Of a stretch of 44,628 bases of DNA, positions 37,450 through 44,628 are shown piece after piece. This stretch comes from Bacteroidales bacterium. GTDB taxonomy: Bacteria > Bacteroidota > Bacteroidia > Bacteroidales > FEN-979. The translations under genes were made by a program, and so were the position numbers. Each line of letters starts with the position of its first letter. Within the stretch, counting starts at the first letter, position 1. The stretch is from NCBI GenBank assembly GCA_049520195.1, contig JBEKQA010000002.1, forward strand, positions 1-44,628, in the 5' to 3' direction. The notes below the pieces were generated by a model. The model was not told the DNA's origin, searched no databases, and saw nothing but the letters and a program-made list of their open reading frames with translations.

Positions 37450-37512
37450 TGAATTCAGTTTTATGATTTAGAAAAGATGCACAAAGTTACTAAATAGTTC
37501 GAATATAATTTC

Positions 37513-38745
37513 TTATTTACTTCTGAATAATAAACAAGCATCTCCGTAACTCAAAAATCGGAAATCGTGCGCAAGAGCATGTTGGTATAAATTCTTCCAC
37601 TCAGGTCCTATGAAAGCCGCCACCAATAACAATAAGGTGCTCTGAGGCATGTGAAAATTCGTCACCATGCCATCAACGATTTTAAAATGATATCCTGGAA
37701 CGATCATAAGGGCTGTCTGGCCGGTAAATCTATCTTTGCAGTTTCGTTCAAGGTAGTCTGCCAATGCGCATAAAGCCTCTGAATAAGTTATATCCTTATC
37801 ATAGCTTGGATTATATGGATCCCATTGGTGGATTTCTGGTGGCTTCTTTTCTCCGTCAACCAAAATTTTTACACCAAGCCAGTAAAGACTTTCAAGTGTC
37901 CGGACAGAAGTGGTTCCGATAGCAAAAACCAGCCTGCTTTTGATATCGGCAAAATCCCTTATAGTCGAAACCTCAACGCTGATTTGTTCTGAATGCATGA
38001 GATGCTTACTGGCATCTTCTTCACTTACCGGCCTGAAAGTGCCAAGCCCGACATGCAAGGTCAGATTTTTAAAGGTGATATTTTTTTTCTTCAGGATTTC
38101 CAGCGTCTTATCAGTAAAATGCAGACCCGCGGTTGGAGCCGCAACCGAGCCTTCATTCCTTGCATAGATGGTCTGATAGCGACTGCTGTCAATAGATGTA
38201 GAAGCTCGTGTGATGTAAGGAGGCAGGGGCACCATTCCCGCCAGCTCCAGGATTTCTGAAAAAGATAACACTGAAGGTTCCCACTGAAAGTGAATCGAAA
38301 AACATCCATCTTCCAGGATTTCCTTTTTTTCAGCCAGTAAAATATATTTCTTGTTATCTGATTCAACCGATTTCTCAAGAACCTCATCTTTCCAGCGTTT
38401 TACATTCCCGACAAGACATTTCCATGTGCAAGACCCCGTTTGTGCAAACGAAGCTTTAATCTCGGTAACAGGCAACAAAGGCTCCAGACAGAAAATTTCA
38501 ATAGTGGCTCCTGTGCTTTTTGAAAATATCAACCGTGCATGGATCACCTTACTGTCATTAAATACCAGGATACTCTTTTCCGGTAATTCTTCTCCAATAT
38601 TTGCAAATATTGTCTCGGAGATCTTACCTTCCTTCCACATCAGCACTTTTGATTCGTCACGCTGTTCCAGTGGGAACTGGGCAATCCGGGATGTCGGGAG
38701 AGGATAGTCATAATCTTTGATCAGAATTTTGCCGGGAATTGCCAT
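37513..38745 (-). CDS. queA: S-adenosylmethionine:tRNA ribosyltransferase-isomerase
   Basis: YDYPLP, LPPYI, YQTIYA, GSVAAPTAGLHFT and GTTSVRTLES motifs. Confidence 0.9.
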   Translation of the reverse strand: MAIPGKILIKDYDYPLPTSRIAQFPLEQRDESKVLMWKEGKISETIFANIGEELPEKSILVFNDSKVIHARLIFSKSTGATIEIFCLEPLLPVTEIKASFAQTGSCTWKCLVGNVKRWKDEVLEKSVESDNKKYILLAEKKEILEDGCFSIHFQWEPSVLSFSEILELAGMVPLPPYITRASTSIDSSRYQTIYARNEGSVAAPTAGLHFTDKTLEILKKKNITFKNLTLHVGLGTFRPVSEEDASKHLMHSEQISVEVSTIRDFADIKSRLVFAIGTTSVRTLESLYWLGVKILVDGEKKPPEIHQWDPYNPSYDKDITYSEALCALADYLERNCKDRFTGQTALMIVPGYHFKIVDGMVTNFHMPQSTLLLLVAAFIGPEWKNLYQHALAHDFRFLSYGDACLLFRSK

Positions 38746-38794
38746 GACACTATTTTTTGCAAAGATAGAAGTTTGGGTGCATCTCAGTCCTGTA

Positions 38795-38829
38795 ACAAAA
38801 AACCCCTTCCTGATGACAGGGAAGGGGTT
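38795..38829 (-). terminator. rho-independent terminator downstream of the porin gene
   Basis: On the minus strand: AACCCCTTCC-CTGTCATCA-GGAAGGGGTT followed by TTTTTTG. Confidence 0.8.
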
Positions 38830-38848
38830 CTGGATACTAAAATTTTTC

Positions 38849-40291
38849 CTATTTCTTTTCTGAAGAAAAGAAGGTAGGTTTATAAGTGATCATTAGATAT
38901 GCGTACTGTCCAAGTCTGCCTGTTCCGGGTTTAAGTCCATCAAGGATTTCTCTGGTATCCGATTTCATATAGAAACAGTAGGCAGCATTCAGCTCTAAGT
39001 TTGAAGTCGGTTTATAAAGGAACATTACGTCTAATTCTGACCCGAGATTAGTACTTACTGACTGATAAGGCAGATCGGTCTTTTTTACAACTTTTGCCGG
39101 AAGATAGCCGTAGGGAAGACTGAACCAGCGGTATGTGGCCTCAATCGAAGTCTTTTCTGACATATTGACTGTTGCCCTTCCATAAAGATCATTTAACCCA
39201 TTATGTAATGCATCCTGTCCAAGATATGTGGAATAAAGGTCCATATATCCGTAAAAGCTGTGCTTGGTAGCAAATGGTGTAGCAAATCCATGAAGATTTT
39301 TTTTCAGGTCAGTTGTATCAGAGGCATTATTTCCGCTCATTTGCTCATATCCAACCAAAAGTGTCAATGGCTTTACTACCTTGTAAGAAATCCATCCGCC
39401 AACGAAATAAGCACTTATATTACGACTGTCTTTATAATGTCCGAATTGATAAAACCCGTTAGCAAAAATATTGAGGTTATTCCAGTTAAATCCAACTGTA
39501 CCACCAGCAGTTCCACGTGAATAAATAGTGAGATCATGAGTCAAAGTACCTGTGGTAGCGGCCGTCTTTGTGGTGAATGAACCAACAGTGTCAGTGCCGC
39601 TCATAACCCAAGTGATCGTTGTCTTCCCGGGAATTGTATAGGTCGTATTTGCTTTCTGGTAAGCATCAAGTATACCAAGTACGGATATTACAAGCTTATT
39701 GTTGAAAAACTTCCCTTGGTCATATATGTAGCTCATGTACTTATAATTTTTCAGAAGATAATCACTAAGATACGGAGTCGCAGCAGGTGCTGCATTATTT
39801 ATCGCAAAACCATAAATTCCCTGATAATTTGCCTTTGGAACTTGCCACTCAAGGTTAACCAGGTCGTGAGTAGCGCCGTATTCTGTCCAATTTGATAACC
39901 CGAAAATCCTGCTATCATCATAAGCTAATCCTACTCTACCGACTCTTACATCGAAGTTCTTTGTGAAGTTATAACGTAACCACGCTTCATAGATATTAAT
40001 GGTATTTTTGGTGATAGTGTCCGATCCGAAATTATTTTCACCGAACACATAAGCTTGTTGAATAGAGAAATGGGTCTGGATTTTATCAGTCTTATAATCA
40101 AAGATGATTCTGTTCCTGCCAAGAATTGTTCCGTAACCTTTCATGGTGGAGTCACCGATCTTTTCATAACCGTTCCGGTACTCGGCACGGGGACGAAATT
40201 CACCAGAAATGGTGAATTGAGCGGTTGCACTGTTTGCTGCAGTAAATGCAATAATGAAAACACAAAATGCTTTCGTAAAGATTGTTCTCAT
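38849..40291 (-). CDS. outer-membrane beta-barrel protein (porin-like)
   Basis: Signal peptide MRTIFTKAFCVFIIAFTAANSATAQ. Alternating aromatic/hydrophilic beta-strand pattern throughout, rich in Y/G/T/N. Confidence 0.7.
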   Translation of the reverse strand: MRTIFTKAFCVFIIAFTAANSATAQFTISGEFRPRAEYRNGYEKIGDSTMKGYGTILGRNRIIFDYKTDKIQTHFSIQQAYVFGENNFGSDTITKNTINIYEAWLRYNFTKNFDVRVGRVGLAYDDSRIFGLSNWTEYGATHDLVNLEWQVPKANYQGIYGFAINNAAPAATPYLSDYLLKNYKYMSYIYDQGKFFNNKLVISVLGILDAYQKANTTYTIPGKTTITWVMSGTDTVGSFTTKTAATTGTLTHDLTIYSRGTAGGTVGFNWNNLNIFANGFYQFGHYKDSRNISAYFVGGWISYKVVKPLTLLVGYEQMSGNNASDTTDLKKNLHGFATPFATKHSFYGYMDLYSTYLGQDALHNGLNDLYGRATVNMSEKTSIEATYRWFSLPYGYLPAKVVKKTDLPYQSVSTNLGSELDVMFLYKPTSNLELNAAYCFYMKSDTREILDGLKPGTGRLGQYAYLMITYKPTFFSSEKK

Positions 40292-40422
40292 GTTTTTTTA
40301 ATTTGGTTAGTAAATAGGTGACGCGAATTTAATAAAGTTCCTGATTCGATATGCTAAAAATTGCATATCGGTAATTACAAATTTTTAGGTACTTTTACAT
40401 TTTTATTTTATTTCCCCAGAAA

Positions 40423-41154
40423 ATGAAAAAATACATACCCAATATCTTGACGACATTGAACCTTATTAGTGGATTGATTTCCATATCCTTGGTTCTTCAA
40501 TATCACTTAGTATGGGCTTCGGGTTTCATTTTTGTAGGGGCAGGTTTTGACTACCTCGATGGCACTGCGGCGAGATTGCTGAAAGCTTACTCTGAATTGG
40601 GGAAACAGCTTGATTCATTGGCTGACCTTGTTTCCTTTGGTGTTGCACCCGGGTTAATTGTATTTCAATTGTTGTCCTTTCATTGCACGAATGGTTGTAA
40701 TATCCTGGAGCGCTGGAATATAATTCCCTATCTTGCTCTACTGATTCCCGTTTGCTCTGCCTTACGGTTGGCTAAATTCAACATCGATCTTCGACAGGAA
40801 GTAAATTTTATTGGATTGCCAACTCCTGCCAATGCAATCTTTTTTGCTTCTATCCCCATGATTCTCCAAATCCAGGACAGGATTCATACTTTTATTCAAC
40901 TGGATTTCATGGTGGTCTTGTTTTCAGATCCTCGTATCTTGGCAGCCCTTAGCGTTTTCTTCTCCTATCTGCTGATCTCTGATTTTCGGATGTTTTCTAT
41001 GAAGTTTAAATCCGTATCATGGAAAGAGAATCAATATCGGTATGTATTCCTGATCCTCTCACTTATCCTTCTGCTGATCTTTTCAATTAGCGCTGTTCCA
41101 ATGGCAATTCTTGCATACCTTCTTTTATCGGTAGTATACCAGAAGAAAATCTGA
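40423..41154 (+). CDS. pssA: CDP-alcohol phosphatidyltransferase, phosphatidylserine synthase-like
   Basis: DYLDGTAARLLKAYSELGKQLDSLADLVSFGVAP matches D-x2-DG-x2-AR-x8-G-x3-D-x3-D. Multi-TM protein. Confidence 0.8.
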   Translation: MKKYIPNILTTLNLISGLISISLVLQYHLVWASGFIFVGAGFDYLDGTAARLLKAYSELGKQLDSLADLVSFGVAPGLIVFQLLSFHCTNGCNILERWNIIPYLALLIPVCSALRLAKFNIDLRQEVNFIGLPTPANAIFFASIPMILQIQDRIHTFIQLDFMVVLFSDPRILAALSVFFSYLLISDFRMFSMKFKSVSWKENQYRYVFLILSLILLLIFSISAVPMAILAYLLLSVVYQKKI

Positions 41155-41183
41155 AGGAAGAACTTTAACTTTTTAATTACGAC

Positions 41184-41906
41184 CTACCTCAATTCAAAGT
41201 TTTGACCGAGGTATACTTTACGGACATGTGGATCTTCTGCAAGTTCCTGTGATGTACCTGCCATCAGAATGGATCCTTCGAACAAAAGGTACGACCGGTC
41301 AGTTATGGTGAGGGTCTCATGCACATTATGATCGGTGATCAGAACACCGATATTTTTATTTTTCAGCTTCCGCACAATATTCTGAATATCCTCCACAGCA
41401 ATAGGATCTATTCCTGCAAAAGGCTCATCAAGAAGAATAAATTTAGGATCAACAGCCAAGCATCTGGCAATTTCTGTTCTCCGCCTTTCTCCACCTGAAA
41501 GCTGAATTCCCTGGCTTTTCCTGACGTTCTGCAGACCGAATTCATCGAGAAGGCTTTCCATCCGTTCCTTTTGCTGAATTTTCGTTAGTTCCGTAAATTC
41601 AAGTATTGCCCGAATGTTATCTTCAACAGTTAACTTCCTGAAAACGGAGGGTTCCTGTGCCAGGTAACCAATCCCCCTCTGAGCCCTGCGGTACATTGGT
41701 TCATTAGTAATATCCTGGTCATCAAGAAAGACATTACCGGAAAATGGTTTAATTAATCCTACAATGATGTAAAAAGATGTCGTTTTACCTGCCCCGTTTG
41801 GTCCGAGCAAACCCACAATCTCACCTTGCTTTACTTGCACGGAAACCTCGTTTACAACGGTGCGTTTGCGATACTTCTTGACTATCTTTTCAGTTCTGAG
41901 CAACAT
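41184..41906 (-). CDS. lptB: LPS export ABC transporter ATP-binding protein
   Basis: Walker [10 protein letters not shown], signature LSGGERRR, Walker [13 protein letters not shown]. 240 aa, with the LptB-typical end. Confidence 0.9.
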   Translation of the reverse strand: MLLRTEKIVKKYRKRTVVNEVSVQVKQGEIVGLLGPNGAGKTTSFYIIVGLIKPFSGNVFLDDQDITNEPMYRRAQRGIGYLAQEPSVFRKLTVEDNIRAILEFTELTKIQQKERMESLLDEFGLQNVRKSQGIQLSGGERRRTEIARCLAVDPKFILLDEPFAGIDPIAVEDIQNIVRKLKNKNIGVLITDHNVHETLTITDRSYLLFEGSILMAGTSQELAEDPHVRKVYLGQNFELR

Positions 41907-41968
41907 CAGAGATATTGTTATTATAGTTTAAAATCCGGCGGTTCAAAATTATCAATAAAATCAACACC

Positions 41969-44500
41969 TCAGAATGTAAAATTCAGCGAAACAAAAATAC
42001 CGAATTTTGCAACATTGGGATTTTCAGAATCATGGAGGTGTGTCAACCGCCAGACAGCATCCACACGAATAAACTTGAATATATTCTCAATCCCGGCACT
42101 TGCCTCCCAGTAAGGAGTTGCACCAAGGGAATGCATTAAATCTGGAAATTTTGAATATCCCTGGTTCTGAGAGGTAAGCGTTCCATAAATTACACGGGTT
42201 GAAGCTACTTCTCTCCATTTTAATTTGCGAAGCAGGGGTATCCTGTTGAAAAGCAAACCATCGAAATGATGTGTATAATAGATATTTATATATTCATCAC
42301 TTATGAATTCGTAATAATTCATGAGGTTTGACGCAAGTTCATCCCATAGAAATGTCTGGTTTCCATCATGAATCTTCAACAAAGGATAAGGTAATGTCCC
42401 CCAGATTTTTCCGCATTCAATCATATATTTTGACCAGCCAATAGTTGCAAAATTGAACCATTGAGAAATGCTCAGATTCAACTTGTGATATTCATAATCG
42501 CTGTTAAAGAGCTTCGGGATTCCATATGCATAATTTAATTGTATGATCGGGTAACTGGAACTAAGTGTGAGTCTGTAAAAATCTGTTGATATAAATCGTT
42601 CCTTGAACGACAATCTGATTCCTAAATTAATCTCTGAAGTGGATATGGTTTTCTTGGAAACGGTATCATTCTTCCATGGATAGATAGTAAAAGCCTTGGC
42701 TCCTGAAGGAAAAACTTCGCGGTGCGTAAATTGGATTGTATTGATAAGACCGTTAAACCATTCATGTTCATAACCGCCCTTGTACTCGGTCACCATCGAT
42801 AATTTATTATTGGCCCCCCTGTGTAACAGTGAGTTGAGAATATTATCCGTAGCAAAAGCATTGGGACTCATCCCCAACTGTTCAACATCATTCTTGAATG
42901 ATAATGTAAGATCTCTTCGGGGATTCTTGTTGAACATATAGATCATATCCGCACCCGCCTTATAGGTCAGGTCTTTAAGTCCATATGCCACATATCCTTC
43001 AAGCTGTAGCTTATGACTGAATCCATCTCCGGTTCTTGCACCAAGCCGTAAACGCCCACCCTCAATGTTATTATAACTAAAGGTGTAGAAATAAGGCCCT
43101 ATCTCCCAATTCCCCCAGGTAAGGTAACCTGTAATGATCCCGTATATGATATCCCTGTATGTTCTGAATAGTGGAATGGTCTTTACAGAGTCGACCATCT
43201 TGTAAATTCCTTTTTCCGTTTTGGAAAGTTTCTCTGGTCGCTGTTCCTGCCAGAATTCATTGTCTTTATCTGATGCCTTTGGTTCTATAAAAACATCCGT
43301 TGGGATCGAGAAGAATTTTTTATTTTCCGGAATATCGAACTGAAAATCAGAATAGATCGTGGTTTTATGTCCAAAAAAACCAATTACCTTCTTTGACTGT
43401 TGTATGATATTGAAATCGACAACCAGATGATCCTTAGTCTTCATCCAGAATTTTCCATCAGTCCACTGATATTCTTGTTGAATTGCTAAATCGTTGACGA
43501 AGTTGATATTTGCGTCCGTTGCAATGCGCATCTCTATCTTCTTGATTGCAAATGAAGTATCGTTGACCCAGAAATTACCGGTGAAAGTCAGCTCCTGCTT
43601 ACGTTTGGGTTTAAACATAATATGATAACACCACTTATTCCCAATGAAAGCACTATCGACAAGGTAATAATGATAATAATCAGTACCTGTTGATGAGATT
43701 GGGCAAACAAAATACTTCTCAAATAAGGTTATATAATCTTTATAAACATCAATTTCCTCAGAAAGATTTCCAAGAAACTGGGAAACGCTTTCATTTTCTA
43801 TTCCGGAAACCTTAGAACCGATAATAATCTCTCTTCTTGATTTTGGGTTTTTACGGAAATAAATATCCGAAGTAGTTTCCGTTAGGAAAATTGGTAGGAA
43901 CGATTTTCCAGACAGAGTTGAGGTATCTATATAATTAAAGACAAATTCGAAGGGTTTTAGAATTTTACTGTTCTTAAATTTTTCAGTAATATTATTTGCA
44001 TCGATCTCGATCTTGGTATAAGCATGATATTGATAAGATCCGAAGGCTTGAAGGCTGTTTTTATCCCTGTTTTGAATTATTTTGTTAAGAATTACCTCAG
44101 CAGGATTACCTGTGTAATGAATGGTAACTTCGGGAAGCAGGATTTTATTCTCTGCCATCTGAAAATCAAGGGTTTGGAACTGGTGTTTCAGGATCTTTTT
44201 AGTTATAGTCTTATATCCCATCAGTGAAAAACGAATGGAATCGCCATTCGTATTTACTTCTAGAGCATATCTTCCTTCGAAATCAGTGAGAGTGCCATCT
44301 GTTGTTCCGGGAATGATTATATTGACAAATGGCAGCGGCTGACCTGTTGCAGAGTCCTTAATATTTCCCATTATCTTGGTTAGCTGTGAGAATGCGGAAA
44401 ATGGGAAAAACAACAGAAAAGATCCCAATATCACTCTTAGGAATGGTGTCCGGAAAATGATCAATAAAATCTCGTGGCGTTTGTCCTTTGCATATATCAT
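41969..44500 (-). CDS. CarboxypepD_reg-like domain protein of the DUF5686-like outer-membrane family
   Basis: Start reset to Met40 of the tracked ORF (MIYAKDKRHE...), 10 nt after the upstream gene's stop. The N-terminal GNIKDSATGQPLPFVNIIIPGTTDGTLTDFEGRYAL matches the carboxypeptidase-regulatory-like fold. The large C-terminal part is beta-rich. Confidence 0.7.
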   Translation of the reverse strand: MIYAKDKRHEILLIIFRTPFLRVILGSFLLFFPFSAFSQLTKIMGNIKDSATGQPLPFVNIIIPGTTDGTLTDFEGRYALEVNTNGDSIRFSLMGYKTITKKILKHQFQTLDFQMAENKILLPEVTIHYTGNPAEVILNKIIQNRDKNSLQAFGSYQYHAYTKIEIDANNITEKFKNSKILKPFEFVFNYIDTSTLSGKSFLPIFLTETTSDIYFRKNPKSRREIIIGSKVSGIENESVSQFLGNLSEEIDVYKDYITLFEKYFVCPISSTGTDYYHYYLVDSAFIGNKWCYHIMFKPKRKQELTFTGNFWVNDTSFAIKKIEMRIATDANINFVNDLAIQQEYQWTDGKFWMKTKDHLVVDFNIIQQSKKVIGFFGHKTTIYSDFQFDIPENKKFFSIPTDVFIEPKASDKDNEFWQEQRPEKLSKTEKGIYKMVDSVKTIPLFRTYRDIIYGIITGYLTWGNWEIGPYFYTFSYNNIEGGRLRLGARTGDGFSHKLQLEGYVAYGLKDLTYKAGADMIYMFNKNPRRDLTLSFKNDVEQLGMSPNAFATDNILNSLLHRGANNKLSMVTEYKGGYEHEWFNGLINTIQFTHREVFPSGAKAFTIYPWKNDTVSKKTISTSEINLGIRLSFKERFISTDFYRLTLSSSYPIIQLNYAYGIPKLFNSDYEYHKLNLSISQWFNFATIGWSKYMIECGKIWGTLPYPLLKIHDGNQTFLWDELASNLMNYYEFISDEYINIYYTHHFDGLLFNRIPLLRKLKWREVASTRVIYGTLTSQNQGYSKFPDLMHSLGATPYWEASAGIENIFKFIRVDAVWRLTHLHDSENPNVAKFGIFVSLNFTF

Positions 44501-44510
44501 CGTACAATGA

Positions 44511-44628
44511 TCAGATGATTCCTTCCTTGAGTATATCATGAAGATGTAACACTCCGAGGTACCTATCCTTATCTGTAACGAGCAATTGGGTAATATTATT
44601 TTTCCGCATAACGGCAAGCGCGTTAACG
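44511..44628 (-). CDS. 3' end (38 codons) of a CBS-domain protein, KpsF/GutQ (arabinose-5-phosphate isomerase)-like; truncated by the window edge
   Basis: Own translation: VNALAVMRKNNITQLLVTDKDRYLGVLHLHDILKEGII*. This is typical of the C-terminal CBS domain of KdsD-type isomerases, and lptB lies nearby. Confidence 0.5.
   Translation of the reverse strand, partial: VNALAVMRKNNITQLLVTDKDRYLGVLHLHDILKEGII

Overview
The window looks like a Bacteroidota-type chromosome segment in two parts. This is judged from gene content: a LytTR regulator with a propeller/Y_Y_Y LytS-type sensor, a TonB C-terminal protein, a CarboxypepD_reg/DUF5686-like protein and era-der adjacency.

(1) Positions 1 to about 18364 form an accessory region that looks more AT-rich by eye (not computed). 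It ends exactly at an initiator tRNA-Met gene (18365..18436, minus strand). It contains:
- two minus-strand operons of small proteins with no recognisable domain, two of them membrane proteins;
- a LytTR response regulator with a LytS-type sensor kinase that carries one in-frame TAA;
- a run of five signal-peptide protein genes;
- a divergent classic-clade AAA+ ATPase;
- a small serine recombinase;
- a large serine recombinase whose ORF runs 41 bp into the tRNA gene.
Two conserved ~60-bp modules lie upstream of the regulator and of the secreted-protein run. Each has three TACGKTAAT-like boxes spaced exactly 21 bp apart. The secreted-protein genes are separated by repeated junction sequences that include decayed copies of a neighbouring gene's 3' and 5' ends.

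(2) Positions 18437 to the end are ordinary core genes: era, der, an S4/Hsp15-like protein, TonB, dtd, pdxJ, an M19 dipeptidase, an adenosine deaminase-like protein, tatC, tatA, queA, a porin, pssA, lptB and the kdsD 3' end. Two clusters are embedded here:
- a KamA-family aminomutase, two Ddl-like ATP-grasp ligases and a GNAT acetyltransferase, which I predict make a beta-lysine-derived amide or peptide;
- an SQR-like flavoprotein, a DUF1641-like protein, a TusE/DsrC-like protein and a DsrE-like protein (sulfur relay), bracketed by tatA and tatC.

I saw no CRISPR array, rRNA, transposase or reverse transcriptase. My best candidates for an undescribed system are the kamA/ATP-grasp/ATP-grasp/GNAT cluster and the island cargo (the four-gene membrane-protein operon and the LytTR-boxed cassette array). 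All functional assignments come from motif recognition by eye, not from searches.
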